DNA of 64,000 nt. It comes from Myxococcales bacterium. GTDB taxonomy: Bacteria; Myxococcota; UBA727; VGSZ01. The notes under the pieces were generated by a model. That model had not been told where the DNA came from. It was given only the letters and a program-made list of their open reading frames with translations, and searched no databases. The stretch is from positions 8,419 to 72,418 of the forward strand of contig JAHFED010000014.1 in NCBI GenBank assembly GCA_023248635.1, read 5' to 3'. The number at the start of each line of letters is the position of its first letter. Position 1 is the first letter of the stretch. Below are positions 46,088 to 55,387 of the stretch, piece after piece. The translations under genes and the position numbers were made by a program.

Positions 46088-47176
46088 GTCTTCGATGGCC
46101 TCGAGGAGAGCGTCCATCGTCGACAGCGCCGCCAGCAGGGCCTTGGCTGCTTCGCCCACCTCGACCGGCGCGGGCAGGCTGGCGGGGCGGGCGAGCAAAC
46201 GCAGCAGGGCGTCGGCGCCGGCGATGTCGGTGCCAGCGGGAGCGCTGTCGTCGACGCTGCCGCCCCGCTGGGCCCGGGCCAGCTCGTCGCCGCGCAGCAG
46301 CGCGTGGGCGGCCTCGGCGAGCAGGCGGCCGGCGCGCTGCACCTCCCCTTTGCCCGACGTCGACGTGCTGGCCTGCAGCCGGGCGTAGGCCTCGCGCACC
46401 GAGATGCCCTGGGCGTGGGCCAACTGGCGCGCCTTCTCCTTGGGCGTGAGGGTGGGGTCACCGACCAGGGTGGCCAGATCGATGGACGCCGAGGTCTCTT
46501 GGCGGGGGGCGCCGGCTTCGACGACGACGACGACCTCGCCTTTTTCCACCAGCGCGGGCCTGAGCTCTTGCCCGAGCAGGCCGCGGTGGAAGGTCTCGTG
46601 CAGCTTGGTGAGCTCGCGGGCGACGACGACGCGGCGGGGTCCGCACAGCTCGAAGAGATCCGCCAACAGATCGCCAGTGCGGTTGGCGGCTTCGTAGACG
46701 ACGACGCCGAAGCCGGCCTGCAGGGCTCCTTTCACCAGCGTCTCGCGCTCTTTGCCCTTGCGCGGCAGGAAGCCCAAAAAAGCAAAGCGCGCGACGTCGA
46801 CGCCGGCCCCCATCAGGGCGGTGGTCAGCGCTGAGGCTCCGGGCAGCACCTCGACGTCGAGGCCGGCTTCGACCAGCGCTTCGACCAACCTCGAGCCCGG
46901 ATCGCTCACGCCCGGGCAGCCGGCGTCAGAGACGAAGCAGACGCGTTTCCCCTGTTCGAGCAGGGCCACGATCTCTGGAGCACGCTCGCGCTCGTTGTGG
47001 GCGTGCACGCTGAGCATCCGAGCCCCAGTGGCGCCGATGCGATCGAGCAGCGGGCGGGTGTGACGGGTGTCTTCGGCGCAAACGACGTCGGCTTCGCGCA
47101 GCGCAAGCTTGGCGCGCTCGGAGAGATCCCCCAGGTTGCCGATGGGAGTGGCGACGACGAGGAGCTTGGTCGTCAT
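46085..47176 (-). CDS. rsmI: 16S rRNA (cytidine1402-2'-O)-methyltransferase RsmI, with a C-terminal extension
   Basis: 'LLVVATPIGNLGDLSERAKLALREADVVCAEDTRHT'. Confidence 0.8.
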   Translation of the reverse strand: MTTKLLVVATPIGNLGDLSERAKLALREADVVCAEDTRHTRPLLDRIGATGARMLSVHAHNERERAPEIVALLEQGKRVCFVSDAGCPGVSDPGSRLVEALVEAGLDVEVLPGASALTTALMGAGVDVARFAFLGFLPRKGKERETLVKGALQAGFGVVVYEAANRTGDLLADLFELCGPRRVVVARELTKLHETFHRGLLGQELRPALVEKGEVVVVVEAGAPRQETSASIDLATLVGDPTLTPKEKARQLAHAQGISVREAYARLQASTSTSGKGEVQRAGRLLAEAAHALLRGDELARAQRGGSVDDSAPAGTDIAGADALLRLLARPASLPAPVEVGEAAKALLAALSTMDALLEAIED

Positions 47177-47259
47177 GCCTTCAACCTTGGAGAGGAAGCG
47201 CGTGGTTCAGGAGGCGCGCGCAGCACGGAATCGGCCGCCCGGCCGGAGGCCATAGAAGC

Positions 47260-47476
47260 CATCCCGGGTCCGCTTGATGTTCGACCGCGTTCCGAGTTGG
47301 GAAGGACGCGGGATGATGCGCGTGAAGCGCGCCCGCGGAACGCGGAGTTGGTCGGGGGGCCCGCGTCCGGCTCCGCCGGCGTGGGGGGAGGTCTGCATCA
47401 GACCTCCCTGAAGAGCATCCCCGACGGAGCTGAACGAGACCGTTCCGCGGTCGAAGTTCAGCGAGATCGGGGATCA
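47260..47476 (-). repeat. Repeat B copy 4
   Basis: Reverse orientation. The anti-sigma stop codon lies in the terminal GATCAC. Confidence 0.85.
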
Positions 47477-49240
47477 CTGTTCAGCGTCGACGCTGGCCGC
47501 CGCCGCCGCCGCCTTGGCCGGGGCCGTCGCCTCCGCCGCCGCCCGATCGCGAAGGGCCGTGGCCTTCAACCCATCCAAGCGCCGCTGGGCCTGCCCCCGA
47601 CGAGCGGCATCCTTGTTGGCCGGCGCCAGCGCATGCACCAAGAGTCGCTCGGCCAAGCGTCGATCACCGATGGCGAGGGCGGCGTCGGCGCCGGCGAGCA
47701 TCCCGTCGACGAGAACCGGGTCGGCGGCGTTGGCTTGCAAGAGTCGCGAGCCCACGCGGGCCGCGTCGCCGAAGCGCTTGGCCAACAGGAACGCCCGCGT
47801 TTGGGTCGACGCCGGCACCAGTCCGACGGCGCTGCCCCCGAGGGCTTCGGCGCGCCCAGCCAGGTCCGCGGCCTCCAGCGCTCGGCCCGCAGCAAGCTCC
47901 CGCTCGGCCGTCGTCACCAGCTCGCTGGCTTGATCGAGGCGTTTGCGGCGCTCGAGATCGTCGCGGGCCTCGGTCGGGGTCAAGAGGGGCTCACTGCTGT
48001 TCCCTTTGGGGGCCATCGACGACGCCGCCTTCTTCTTGGCCTCGGCCTTCTCCTTGTCGATTTGGGCCTGCTTGCGGCTCTTCATTTGCTCCAGAAAGGA
48101 GCGCGTGGAGTCGTCGGCGCTGCGGTAGCTGCCGCCGCCCGACACGCTGGTCGGCGGCGATGCCGGAGGTGCAACGACGGCCGGAACGGGCGGTGCCGTT
48201 GCAGCGGCGGCGGGAACAGCGGCGGGCGGTCCGCGCTGGGCCAGCGCACCGTCTGTGGGGCGAGCGACGGCCTTGGGTGCAGCATCGCTGTCGTCGTGGG
48301 CGGACGCTGGCGCGGCTTTGGGCGGCGGCGGCGCGGCATCTTTGGGACCCGGCTCCTTGGACGGCGCCAAGGGCCCGGCCGGCGGCAGGGGGGAGGGTGC
48401 TGGGCTCGTCGCCTCCGTCTCTGCACGCGCACCTTCGGCGGCCGAAGCGTGCAGGGGCGCTTTGGCGTCGGGTCGAGCCCCGGGCGCCTCGGCTTTCTTT
48501 GGCTTGGCCAGCTCTTCTTTCGGCTTGGCCACCTCTTCGCTCGCAGCGGGCACGATGAGACGATCGGCCTTGCCGCCGGCAGCCTCGCCCTCCCGCCGGG
48601 CGGCATCGGCGATCTTGGCGTCGGCGATCGGGGCGTCGGCGATCTGGGCGCTGCGGCTGGGCGGGACGGGTGCAGGAGGCGGGAGCGTCGGCGCGGCGGC
48701 AAAGGTCGTCGGCTGCAGATGGGAGCTGGCACTGGGCGGCACCAGGTCGGCGTTGCCCTGGTTGACGACCAGCAGCACAGCTGCCGCAGCGCCGACGAGG
48801 ACGCCGCCGCCCACCAACCACGACGAGAGGCGGGCCCACAGGGGGCGTGCTGTCTCTGGGGTCGCTTGGGGCTCGGCGGGGGAGGCGGCGACGGAGTGAC
48901 GGACGCGCCGGAACAGGGCGACGGCCTGCCGAATCTCGTTGGGCCGAGCAATCGTCTCGGCGTGCAAAATCGCTTCGAGCAGGTGGGGAGGCGGCACATC
49001 GAGCAGCTCGTCCCGCCCGAAACGAGCATCTTGGTCGAGGAACCCTCGCACCGCCTGCAGCCCCTCGACCTCGGCGAGCAGCGCCGGATCGCCGCGCATC
49101 CGCGTCTCGAACTCCGCCCGCAGGTGGGCGTCCAAGGTGCCGTCGACGTAAGCGAGCACCAAGGGCGACGCTTCCTCGTGCGCGGCAGAGATCTGGTCCG
49201 GCGGGCCAGTCTCGGTGTCAGGAGGGGAGCGGTCGGTCAC
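47474..49240 (-). CDS. Anti-sigma factor (zinc-finger-like N-domain, TM, Ala/Pro-rich linker, TPR-like C-terminus)
   Basis: 'LVLAYVDGTLDAHLRAEFETRM'. A TM helix at about residue 135. Downstream of an ECF sigma gene. Confidence 0.55.
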   Translation of the reverse strand: MTDRSPPDTETGPPDQISAAHEEASPLVLAYVDGTLDAHLRAEFETRMRGDPALLAEVEGLQAVRGFLDQDARFGRDELLDVPPPHLLEAILHAETIARPNEIRQAVALFRRVRHSVAASPAEPQATPETARPLWARLSSWLVGGGVLVGAAAAVLLVVNQGNADLVPPSASSHLQPTTFAAAPTLPPPAPVPPSRSAQIADAPIADAKIADAARREGEAAGGKADRLIVPAASEEVAKPKEELAKPKKAEAPGARPDAKAPLHASAAEGARAETEATSPAPSPLPPAGPLAPSKEPGPKDAAPPPPKAAPASAHDDSDAAPKAVARPTDGALAQRGPPAAVPAAAATAPPVPAVVAPPASPPTSVSGGGSYRSADDSTRSFLEQMKSRKQAQIDKEKAEAKKKAASSMAPKGNSSEPLLTPTEARDDLERRKRLDQASELVTTAERELAAGRALEAADLAGRAEALGGSAVGLVPASTQTRAFLLAKRFGDAARVGSRLLQANAADPVLVDGMLAGADAALAIGDRRLAERLLVHALAPANKDAARRGQAQRRLDGLKATALRDRAAAEATAPAKAAAAAASVDAEQ

Positions 49241-49326
49241 GTCGGAATGATCTCGGTCACAAGGAAGTTTGGGTCTCTGGGGCGGCCTACATCAATACTT
49301 TGCCGTGTTTGCCTACGGCATCGGTG

Positions 49327-49350
49327 GGGGTGCAAGACGCGCCAGCGTCG
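49327..49350. repeat. Degenerate repeat A copy
   Basis: TGCAAGACGCGCCAGCGTCGTGAA. Confidence 0.5.
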
Positions 49351-49410
49351 TGAACATCAAGACGTGGAAACGGGCGGTGGCCGGTGACGATCTAGCGATC
49401 GCCCCCGGCC

Positions 49411-50091
49411 TCATCCGGCTGTGGGCGGGCCCGTTCCCGGGTCGGGCCCAGGTCGATGAAAGCCTGCCGCCTGCAGCTGCTTCTGCAAGGCCGCCAACGC
49501 GTAGCGCATCCGTGATTTCACGGTGTTTTCGCCAACGCCGGTCAATTCCGCGATGTCTTTGAACTGCAGCCCGCTCATCTCGCGCAGCAGGAAGACCTCA
49601 CGCTGCTCGTCGGGAAGATCTTTGACGGCGTCGTCGATGGCCCGACGCAAGCGCGTGTTGTCGGCGAGGCGATCCTGCTGGGGAACCTCAGAGACCACCC
49701 GGTCCAGGCGTTCGTCGCCGCCGTCGTCGTCTTTGTTGGCCTTCTCGTTGAGGGACTCGGTCTTGCGGAAGCGACCCTTGCGCGCCTCGTCGATGCAGAA
49801 GTTGCGGGCCATGGTGTAGAGCCAGGTCGTGAACTTGGCCTTGCGCTCCCAGGTGGGTGCGTGCTTGACGACGCGCAAGAAGACCTCCTGCACGGCGTCG
49901 GCGGCGGCTTCGGGCGAGCGCAGGGCCCGCAAGCAGAAGCGGTAGACGGGGCCGTGGTGGCGTTCGACCAACACGCGGTAGGCACCGACGTCGCCGCCTT
50001 TGTAGGCAGCCATCAGCTCTTCGTCGGCTCTGACGTCCTTGCTCACGCCGGGACCTTCTACCTCTTCCTCGTCGATGACGGCAGGGCGCAA
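49411..50091 (-). CDS. ECF-family RNA polymerase sigma-70 factor
   Basis: Region 2 'VYRFCLRALRSPEAAADAVQEVFLRVVKH'. Region 4 'LPDEQREVFLLREMSGLQFKDIAELTGVGENTVKSRM'. The track start is a TTG; an alternative ATG lies at 50013. Confidence 0.8.
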   Translation of the reverse strand: MRPAVIDEEEVEGPGVSKDVRADEELMAAYKGGDVGAYRVLVERHHGPVYRFCLRALRSPEAAADAVQEVFLRVVKHAPTWERKAKFTTWLYTMARNFCIDEARKGRFRKTESLNEKANKDDDGGDERLDRVVSEVPQQDRLADNTRLRRAIDDAVKDLPDEQREVFLLREMSGLQFKDIAELTGVGENTVKSRMRYALAALQKQLQAAGFHRPGPDPGTGPPTAG

Positions 50092-50292
50092 TCGTTGCCT
50101 CGGTTCCGCCCCCGCCCGCAGCAGCCCCGGGGTCCTGCGCGCCTGACGACGTCAACGGTGCCCATGGAAGGCGGGGGTCTCGGGACCTGGCGGCCACGGC
50201 GGCGGCGTTGCACGCTCCGCCTTGGCGCCCGCGACCGGGAGGCCAGAACAACCTCGTTGCCTTTGACGGCCGTCTTTGCTCACTGTCCGCCC

Positions 50293-52377
50293 ATGACGAC
50301 GACGAGCGCGGAAAAGACTGCTGCCCCGGCCCCCGCCAAGCCCGAGGCACCTGCCCCAGCGCCGTCGCCAGCGCCGCCTTCGGACGTCGTGACCCTCACC
50401 ATCGATGGCCAAAAACTGACGGTGAAGAAGGGCACTCTCCTCGTCGAAGCCGCCAAGCAGCTGCAGCAGGACATTCCGGTTTTTTGCTACCACCCCAAGC
50501 TCAAGCCCGTCGGCGCCTGCCGCATGTGTCTGGTCGAGATCGAAAAGATGCCGCGTCTGCAGACGGCCTGCACCACGCCCGTCGCCGAAGGCATGGTGGT
50601 CAAGACCAAGAGCGAGGCGGCGACCGGCGGCCAAAACGCCGTCATCTCGATGCTGCTCGCCAACCATCCCCTCGATTGCCCTGTCTGCGACAAGGGCGGC
50701 GAGTGTCCGCTGCAAGACAATACATTTGCACACGGTGTCGGCGTCTCCAAATTTCAGGAAGAAAAGCGTCACAAAGACAAAGCGTTCGAGCTGTCGTCGA
50801 AGATCGTGCTCGATCGCGAGCGCTGCATCCTCTGCTACCGCTGTGTGCGCTTCCACGACGAAGTCCCGGGGGATCGGGCCTTGGCGGTCATCGATCGGGG
50901 CAGCCGCGGCGAGATCGGGGTGCTCGACGGGGAGGCCTACACTTCACCCTTTCAGGGCAACACCATTGACATTTGTCCGGTCGGGGCTCTGACGAGTCGC
51001 CAATATCGTTTCCGCTCGCGCCCCTGGGACCTCAAGCAAACCCGCAGCATCGCCGCCGACGACCCTGTGGGCAGCAACGTCTGGGTCGACACCCGCGATG
51101 GGCGCGTGCTGCGTCTGCGGCCCCGCGAAAACGCCGACATCAACGGCGCGTGGATCGGCGATGGCACCCGCTTCGACACCATCCCCGTGGAGCGCTCCGA
51201 GCGCTTGGGCACGCCGTTGGTGCGAAAGACCGTCGGCGGCAAACTCGAGCCGTCGACGTGGTTCGAGGCCCTGCGCAAGGCCGGCGCGATGATGCGCAAC
51301 CACAAGGTCGGCGCCCTGGTGTCACCGGCCTTGTCCAACGAGGCCCTCGCCGTCGTGGCCCACGCCCATCCCACCGCCAACGTGTGGCCTCAGCTCAGCG
51401 CCTGGCCCGTGCAAGGCACCCTAAAAAACCTGGGAGCCTCCAAGGCCGTCGTCGTCGTCGGCTGCGATCCTTTTGTAGATCTGCCGATGCTCGCCCTGTG
51501 GATCCGCAAGGCCCTCGTGCCCACCACCGACTGCGGCATCACCCGCGGCGGCGGCGAGGGCAACCTGGTCGTCGTCGGCGCTGAAAACGGCTTGTTCAGA
51601 GATACCGCGGTGTGGCTCAAGGCCTCGCCTGCAGAGACTGTGGCCCAGCTCGAAGACCTCGTCGCCGCCCTCGAAGGCAAGGGATGCGAGCAAGCCAAGA
51701 AGGCAGCGTCGTCGTTGTCGGCGCGTCCGGCTTCGATCGTCGCTGGTCCCGCGGTGGCGTCGACGGCAGCGGGGCTGGCGGCGCTGCAGAAGTTGGCGAC
51801 CTTGCTGGGCTGCACGCCCGAGAGCTCGTTTTTTGGCGCCGTCGACCCCTGGGCCAACGCCCGCGGTGCGCGCACCATCCTCGCCGAAGCAGGCCGGCCC
51901 GACGATGCCTGGCTCAGCGGCGACCACCGGTCCAACGGCGTCGTCCACCACGTCCTGGTGGGCCTCCTCGACGTACTCGTAGTGGCCGGAGACGTACCTG
52001 GTCATTCGGGCTTCCCCGTGACCGAGCCCGCCGACGAGGTACGGGCCATCTGGCTCACAGGCAGCCTCCCGAAAGACGGCGGCGGCGTCCCTGACGTCGT
52101 CGATGTGGTCTTGCCCCTGGCCTCGAGCTACGAGCAGGGCGGCAGCTTCACCAACCTCGAGGGTGTGCACCAAGGCTTCGACGCCGCCGGCATTCCTCCA
52201 GGTGACAAGGAAAGGGCCAAGGCCGACTTCGAAGTCCTCGCCCTCTTGGCCACCGAGCTCGGCAACAGCCTGCCCAAAGACCTCAAGGGCCTGCGGGCGG
52301 TGTTTGCGGCGCAGCACGCGTTTGCCAGAATCCCTCAAAACCGCAATTCGGCGCGTGCGGAGTTAAATGTTGTCTGA
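50293..52377 (+). CDS. nuoG: NADH-quinone oxidoreductase subunit G (NuoG, 75-kDa-subunit-like)
   Basis: ATG at 50293. 2Fe-2S 'CYHPKLKPVGACRMC'. 4Fe-4S 'CPVCDKGGECPLQD' and 'CILCYRCVRF'. 'ICPVGALT'. Confidence 0.8.
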   Translation: MTTTSAEKTAAPAPAKPEAPAPAPSPAPPSDVVTLTIDGQKLTVKKGTLLVEAAKQLQQDIPVFCYHPKLKPVGACRMCLVEIEKMPRLQTACTTPVAEGMVVKTKSEAATGGQNAVISMLLANHPLDCPVCDKGGECPLQDNTFAHGVGVSKFQEEKRHKDKAFELSSKIVLDRERCILCYRCVRFHDEVPGDRALAVIDRGSRGEIGVLDGEAYTSPFQGNTIDICPVGALTSRQYRFRSRPWDLKQTRSIAADDPVGSNVWVDTRDGRVLRLRPRENADINGAWIGDGTRFDTIPVERSERLGTPLVRKTVGGKLEPSTWFEALRKAGAMMRNHKVGALVSPALSNEALAVVAHAHPTANVWPQLSAWPVQGTLKNLGASKAVVVVGCDPFVDLPMLALWIRKALVPTTDCGITRGGGEGNLVVVGAENGLFRDTAVWLKASPAETVAQLEDLVAALEGKGCEQAKKAASSLSARPASIVAGPAVASTAAGLAALQKLATLLGCTPESSFFGAVDPWANARGARTILAEAGRPDDAWLSGDHRSNGVVHHVLVGLLDVLVVAGDVPGHSGFPVTEPADEVRAIWLTGSLPKDGGGVPDVVDVVLPLASSYEQGGSFTNLEGVHQGFDAAGIPPGDKERAKADFEVLALLATELGNSLPKDLKGLRAVFAAQHAFARIPQNRNSARAELNVV

Positions 52378-53428
52378 CCTGAATGCAACGCTAAGTCAGT
52401 ACACTGTTTTCGGCTGGACCCTGCCGAACATCGTCTACCTCGTCGTGTTGTGCCTGGTGGTGTGCCTGGGCGGCATGGGAGGCATGGCGGCCGGCACCTG
52501 GTTCGAGCGTCGCTTCATCGCCCTGCTGCAGGTGCGCAAGGGGCCGAACCGTGTCGGACCCCTGGGGCTCTTCCAGCCCGTCGCCGACGGCATCAAGACT
52601 TTCTTCAAAGAAGATCTAATCCCCGCCACCGCCGACCGGCCTCTCAACCGCCTCGCCCCGGGCATCGCCCTCTTCGCCGCGCTCATGAGCCTGTGCGTGC
52701 TGCCCTTTGGACCCTCCTACGACATCGAAGGCTGGGGCAAGCTCACTTTGTATGTTTCCGACCTGAACGTCGGCGTCTTGTTTCTCTTGGGTGTGGGATC
52801 TCTGCATGTCTACGGCGTCATCTTGGCCGGCTGGTCGAGCGGCAATAAGTATAGCCTATTGGGCGCCCTGCGGGGAGCAGCCCAGCTGGTGTCCTACGAG
52901 ATCGTGCTGGGCATGAGCCTGGTCGGTGTCGTGATGATCACCGGTGAGATGAGCCTGGGCGGCATCGTGCGCTGGCAACACGAGCACCATCTGCCGCTGG
53001 TGCTGCTGCAGCCCATCGCCTTCGGCCTCTTTTTCGTCTGCATGTTCGCCGAGACCAACCGCCCGCCCTTTGACCTCGTCGAAGCAGACACCGAGCTCGT
53101 GGCGGGGTTTCACACCGAGTACTCGGGCTTTCGCTACGCCTTGTTCATGATCTCCGAGTACGTCGCGATGATCACGGTCTCGGTGGTTGCGACGTCGCTG
53201 TTCTTCGGCGGCTGGGGCGGACCGTTCGGCTTGTTGCCCGGCATCTGGTGGACCTTCATCGGCATCGCTTTCTTCTTCTTCATGTTCGTCTGGGTGCGGG
53301 CCACCATCCCCCGCCTTCGTTATGACCAGCTCATGAGGCTCTCTTGGAGCTACCTCATCCCCATCGGACTGGTGAACCTCGCCCTCACCGCTGTCGCTGT
53401 TGTCGCCTTCGGCGGCGACAAACCGTGA
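52367..53428 (+). CDS. nuoH: NADH-quinone oxidoreductase subunit H (NuoH)
   Basis: 'GWSSGNKYSLLGALRGAAQLVSYEI...FAETNRPPFDLVEADTELVAGFHTEYSG'. It overlaps the nuoG end. Confidence 0.85.
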   Translation: MLSDLNATLSQYTVFGWTLPNIVYLVVLCLVVCLGGMGGMAAGTWFERRFIALLQVRKGPNRVGPLGLFQPVADGIKTFFKEDLIPATADRPLNRLAPGIALFAALMSLCVLPFGPSYDIEGWGKLTLYVSDLNVGVLFLLGVGSLHVYGVILAGWSSGNKYSLLGALRGAAQLVSYEIVLGMSLVGVVMITGEMSLGGIVRWQHEHHLPLVLLQPIAFGLFFVCMFAETNRPPFDLVEADTELVAGFHTEYSGFRYALFMISEYVAMITVSVVATSLFFGGWGGPFGLLPGIWWTFIGIAFFFFMFVWVRATIPRLRYDQLMRLSWSYLIPIGLVNLALTAVAVVAFGGDKP

Positions 53429-53436
53429 GGTCGCAG

Positions 53437-54155
53437 TGACCGCCACCGCCGCCCCCGCCTCGACCAAGCCCCGCATCTTGATCGTCGAAGACGACGCCGC
53501 CATCGCTGCCGGCCTGCGGCTCAACCTCAAGCACGAGGGCTACGTCGTCAGCGTCGAGCACGATGGCGAGACGGGCTTGAAGCGCGCCCTCGACGACGTC
53601 CCCGATCTGGTGGTGCTCGACGTCATGTTGCCCACCATGAACGGCTTCGAGATCTTGCGTGAGCTGCGCCGGCGCGGGTCGACGTCGGGCGTGATCCTGC
53701 TGACCGCCAAAGGCCTAGAAGAAGACAAAGTCATGGGCCTCGACCTCGGCGCCGACGACTACGTGCAAAAGCCCTTCGGCCTCAGCGAGCTGATTGCTCG
53801 CATCAACGCCGTGCTGCGTCGTCGACAGGCCCAGCAGCCCTCGCTCGTGCTCTTCTCCGACGTCCGGGTCGATCGGCGCGCCCGCACCGTGACCCGCGCC
53901 GATCAGCTGGTGTCGCTGTCGCCGCGCGAGATGTCGCTCCTGCTCTACCTCATCGATCACCCCGGCCGCGCCCATACCCGCGATGCCCTGCTCGAGGGAG
54001 CCTGGGGCCTCGACTACGAAGGCACCGAGCGCACTGTCGACAACTTCGTCGTCTCTCTGCGCAAGAAGCTCGAGGTCAACCCCGACGAGCCTCAGCATTT
54101 CGTCACCGTCCGCGGCGTCGGCTACCGCTTCGATCCCCTGCCTGCCAGAGGCTGA
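53437..54155 (+). CDS. OmpR-family response regulator (REC plus winged-helix)
   Basis: 'RILIVEDDAAIAAGLRLNL...LVVLDVMLPTMNGFEILRELRR...ILLTAKGLEEDKVMGLDLGADDYVQKPF'. C-terminal '...VRGVGYRFDP'. A GTG start lies 9 nt after the nuoH stop. Confidence 0.8.
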
Positions 54156-54188
54156 TCGGCCCCCCGGCCTGGGCAAAGAACTGGGCGG

Positions 54189-54644
54189 TCAGTGCCGAAC
54201 CAAACGAATGCCAAACTCGGCGCGAATCTGAGCCAGCGGAATATTCATATACTGATCATGTTCATGAAAAGGCCATTTCTTCGACATGCGGAAAACGCGC
54301 CAAAGAACAGTGATCAAGCGAGGCACCGCCCGCACGGTGGCGGCGATCACGGATCCGAAACCAACCTCCAGAAAAACCGCCCTGGTTTCGGGCAACTGGG
54401 TGTAGCGCAGGTACTCTCGGAACGGGACGTCGGTACCGAACATCTGCCAGGTGTCGGCCAGCGGCTCGCCGTTCAAGGTGGTGTCGCAGCCGAAGACCAC
54501 ATGGCCCACGTCGTGCTTGAGCATGAGCGCGGCTACTTCTTTTGATGCGTTGGCCTCGGTGAGTAGGCCTGGAATGGATGCAAAATATTCGGTAAGCCCC
54601 TCTTTCAGAGTTTGTTGAGTATCTTGATCCAGATAACGCAACAT
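54189..54644 (-). CDS. Coq4-like protein (ubiquinone biosynthesis COQ4 family core, 151 aa)
   Basis: 'SKEVAALMLKHDVGHVVFGCDTTLNGE' matches the COQ4 HDxxH-x11-E zinc motif and its flanks. The 3' part of the gene is AT-richer than its surroundings. Confidence 0.5.
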   Translation of the reverse strand: MLRYLDQDTQQTLKEGLTEYFASIPGLLTEANASKEVAALMLKHDVGHVVFGCDTTLNGEPLADTWQMFGTDVPFREYLRYTQLPETRAVFLEVGFGSVIAATVRAVPRLITVLWRVFRMSKKWPFHEHDQYMNIPLAQIRAEFGIRLVRH

Positions 54645-54742
54645 CGTATTCCACCTTTCACGCAGCGATCTTCGCCGATCCAGAACCCAAGGTGCAAGGT
54701 CGTCGTCGTTGTTGCGGGCTTTCTCGGGCTATCGTCGACGTC

Positions 54743-55321
54743 ATGGCCCGTCTGTTGTGCATCTGTGGCAAGCGCTTCGCCGGCAAAGACACCTTCGCAG
54801 CGCTGCTGAAAGAACAGGCCCGGGCTCGCGGCGTCGTCCTCGAGCTGTACGCTTTCGCCGGCGAGAGCAAGCGGCTGTTCGCGCAACAAGAGAAAGCCCG
54901 CGGCGTCGACGTCGAACTCCACCGGCTGCTGCACGATCGGGCCTACAAAGAGGGGCTGCGGCCCCAGCTCACGCGCTTCACCGTCGACGCCATCGACCGA
55001 GATCCTCTGGTGTTTTGCCGCGCCGTCGCCGATCGCATTGCCGCCGCCGACGACGCCGTCGCTGTGGTCACCGATTTGCGCCTCATCCTCGAGGTTGAGC
55101 ACCTGCGGACGCGCTTCGGCTTGGTGGTGGTGCGCTTGCGACGCTCGGACCAAGACCGGGCCGCCAGCGGATGGCGTTTCGATGCCGCCATCGACGGCCA
55201 CCACACTGAAACCGAGCTCGATGATCCCAAGTGGTGGACAGCGGTCGTCGACAACGACGGCAGCGTTGAAGCGCTGGCTCCCCGAGCCGCCGAGCTGCTC
55301 GACGCCGTGCTGGTGCGATGA
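54743..55321 (+). CDS. Animal-type phosphomevalonate kinase (PMVK, P-loop)
   Basis: ATG at 54743. 'LLCICGKRFAGKDTF' (compare metazoan 'LLFSGKRKSGKDF'). 'LLHDRAYKEGLR', 'DPLVFCRAVADR', 'VVTDLRLILEVEHLRTRFGLVVVRLRRSDQDRAASGWRF' align block-by-block with metazoan PMVK. Confidence 0.7.
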   Translation: MARLLCICGKRFAGKDTFAALLKEQARARGVVLELYAFAGESKRLFAQQEKARGVDVELHRLLHDRAYKEGLRPQLTRFTVDAIDRDPLVFCRAVADRIAAADDAVAVVTDLRLILEVEHLRTRFGLVVVRLRRSDQDRAASGWRFDAAIDGHHTETELDDPKWWTAVVDNDGSVEALAPRAAELLDAVLVR

Positions 55322-55387
55322 CGCTTTGGCGCGTTGCTGTTCCAGACGCCGATGCGGGGATGCCCGCTCATTGTCGTCGTCGTCGTC

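Noticed and set aside
50060-50110. GGAAC...CGTC-like ECF promoter upstream of the ECF sigma gene
   Set aside because: The spacing between the candidate -35 and -10 is about 22 nt, which is too long. It is also too close to the TTG start to be convincing.
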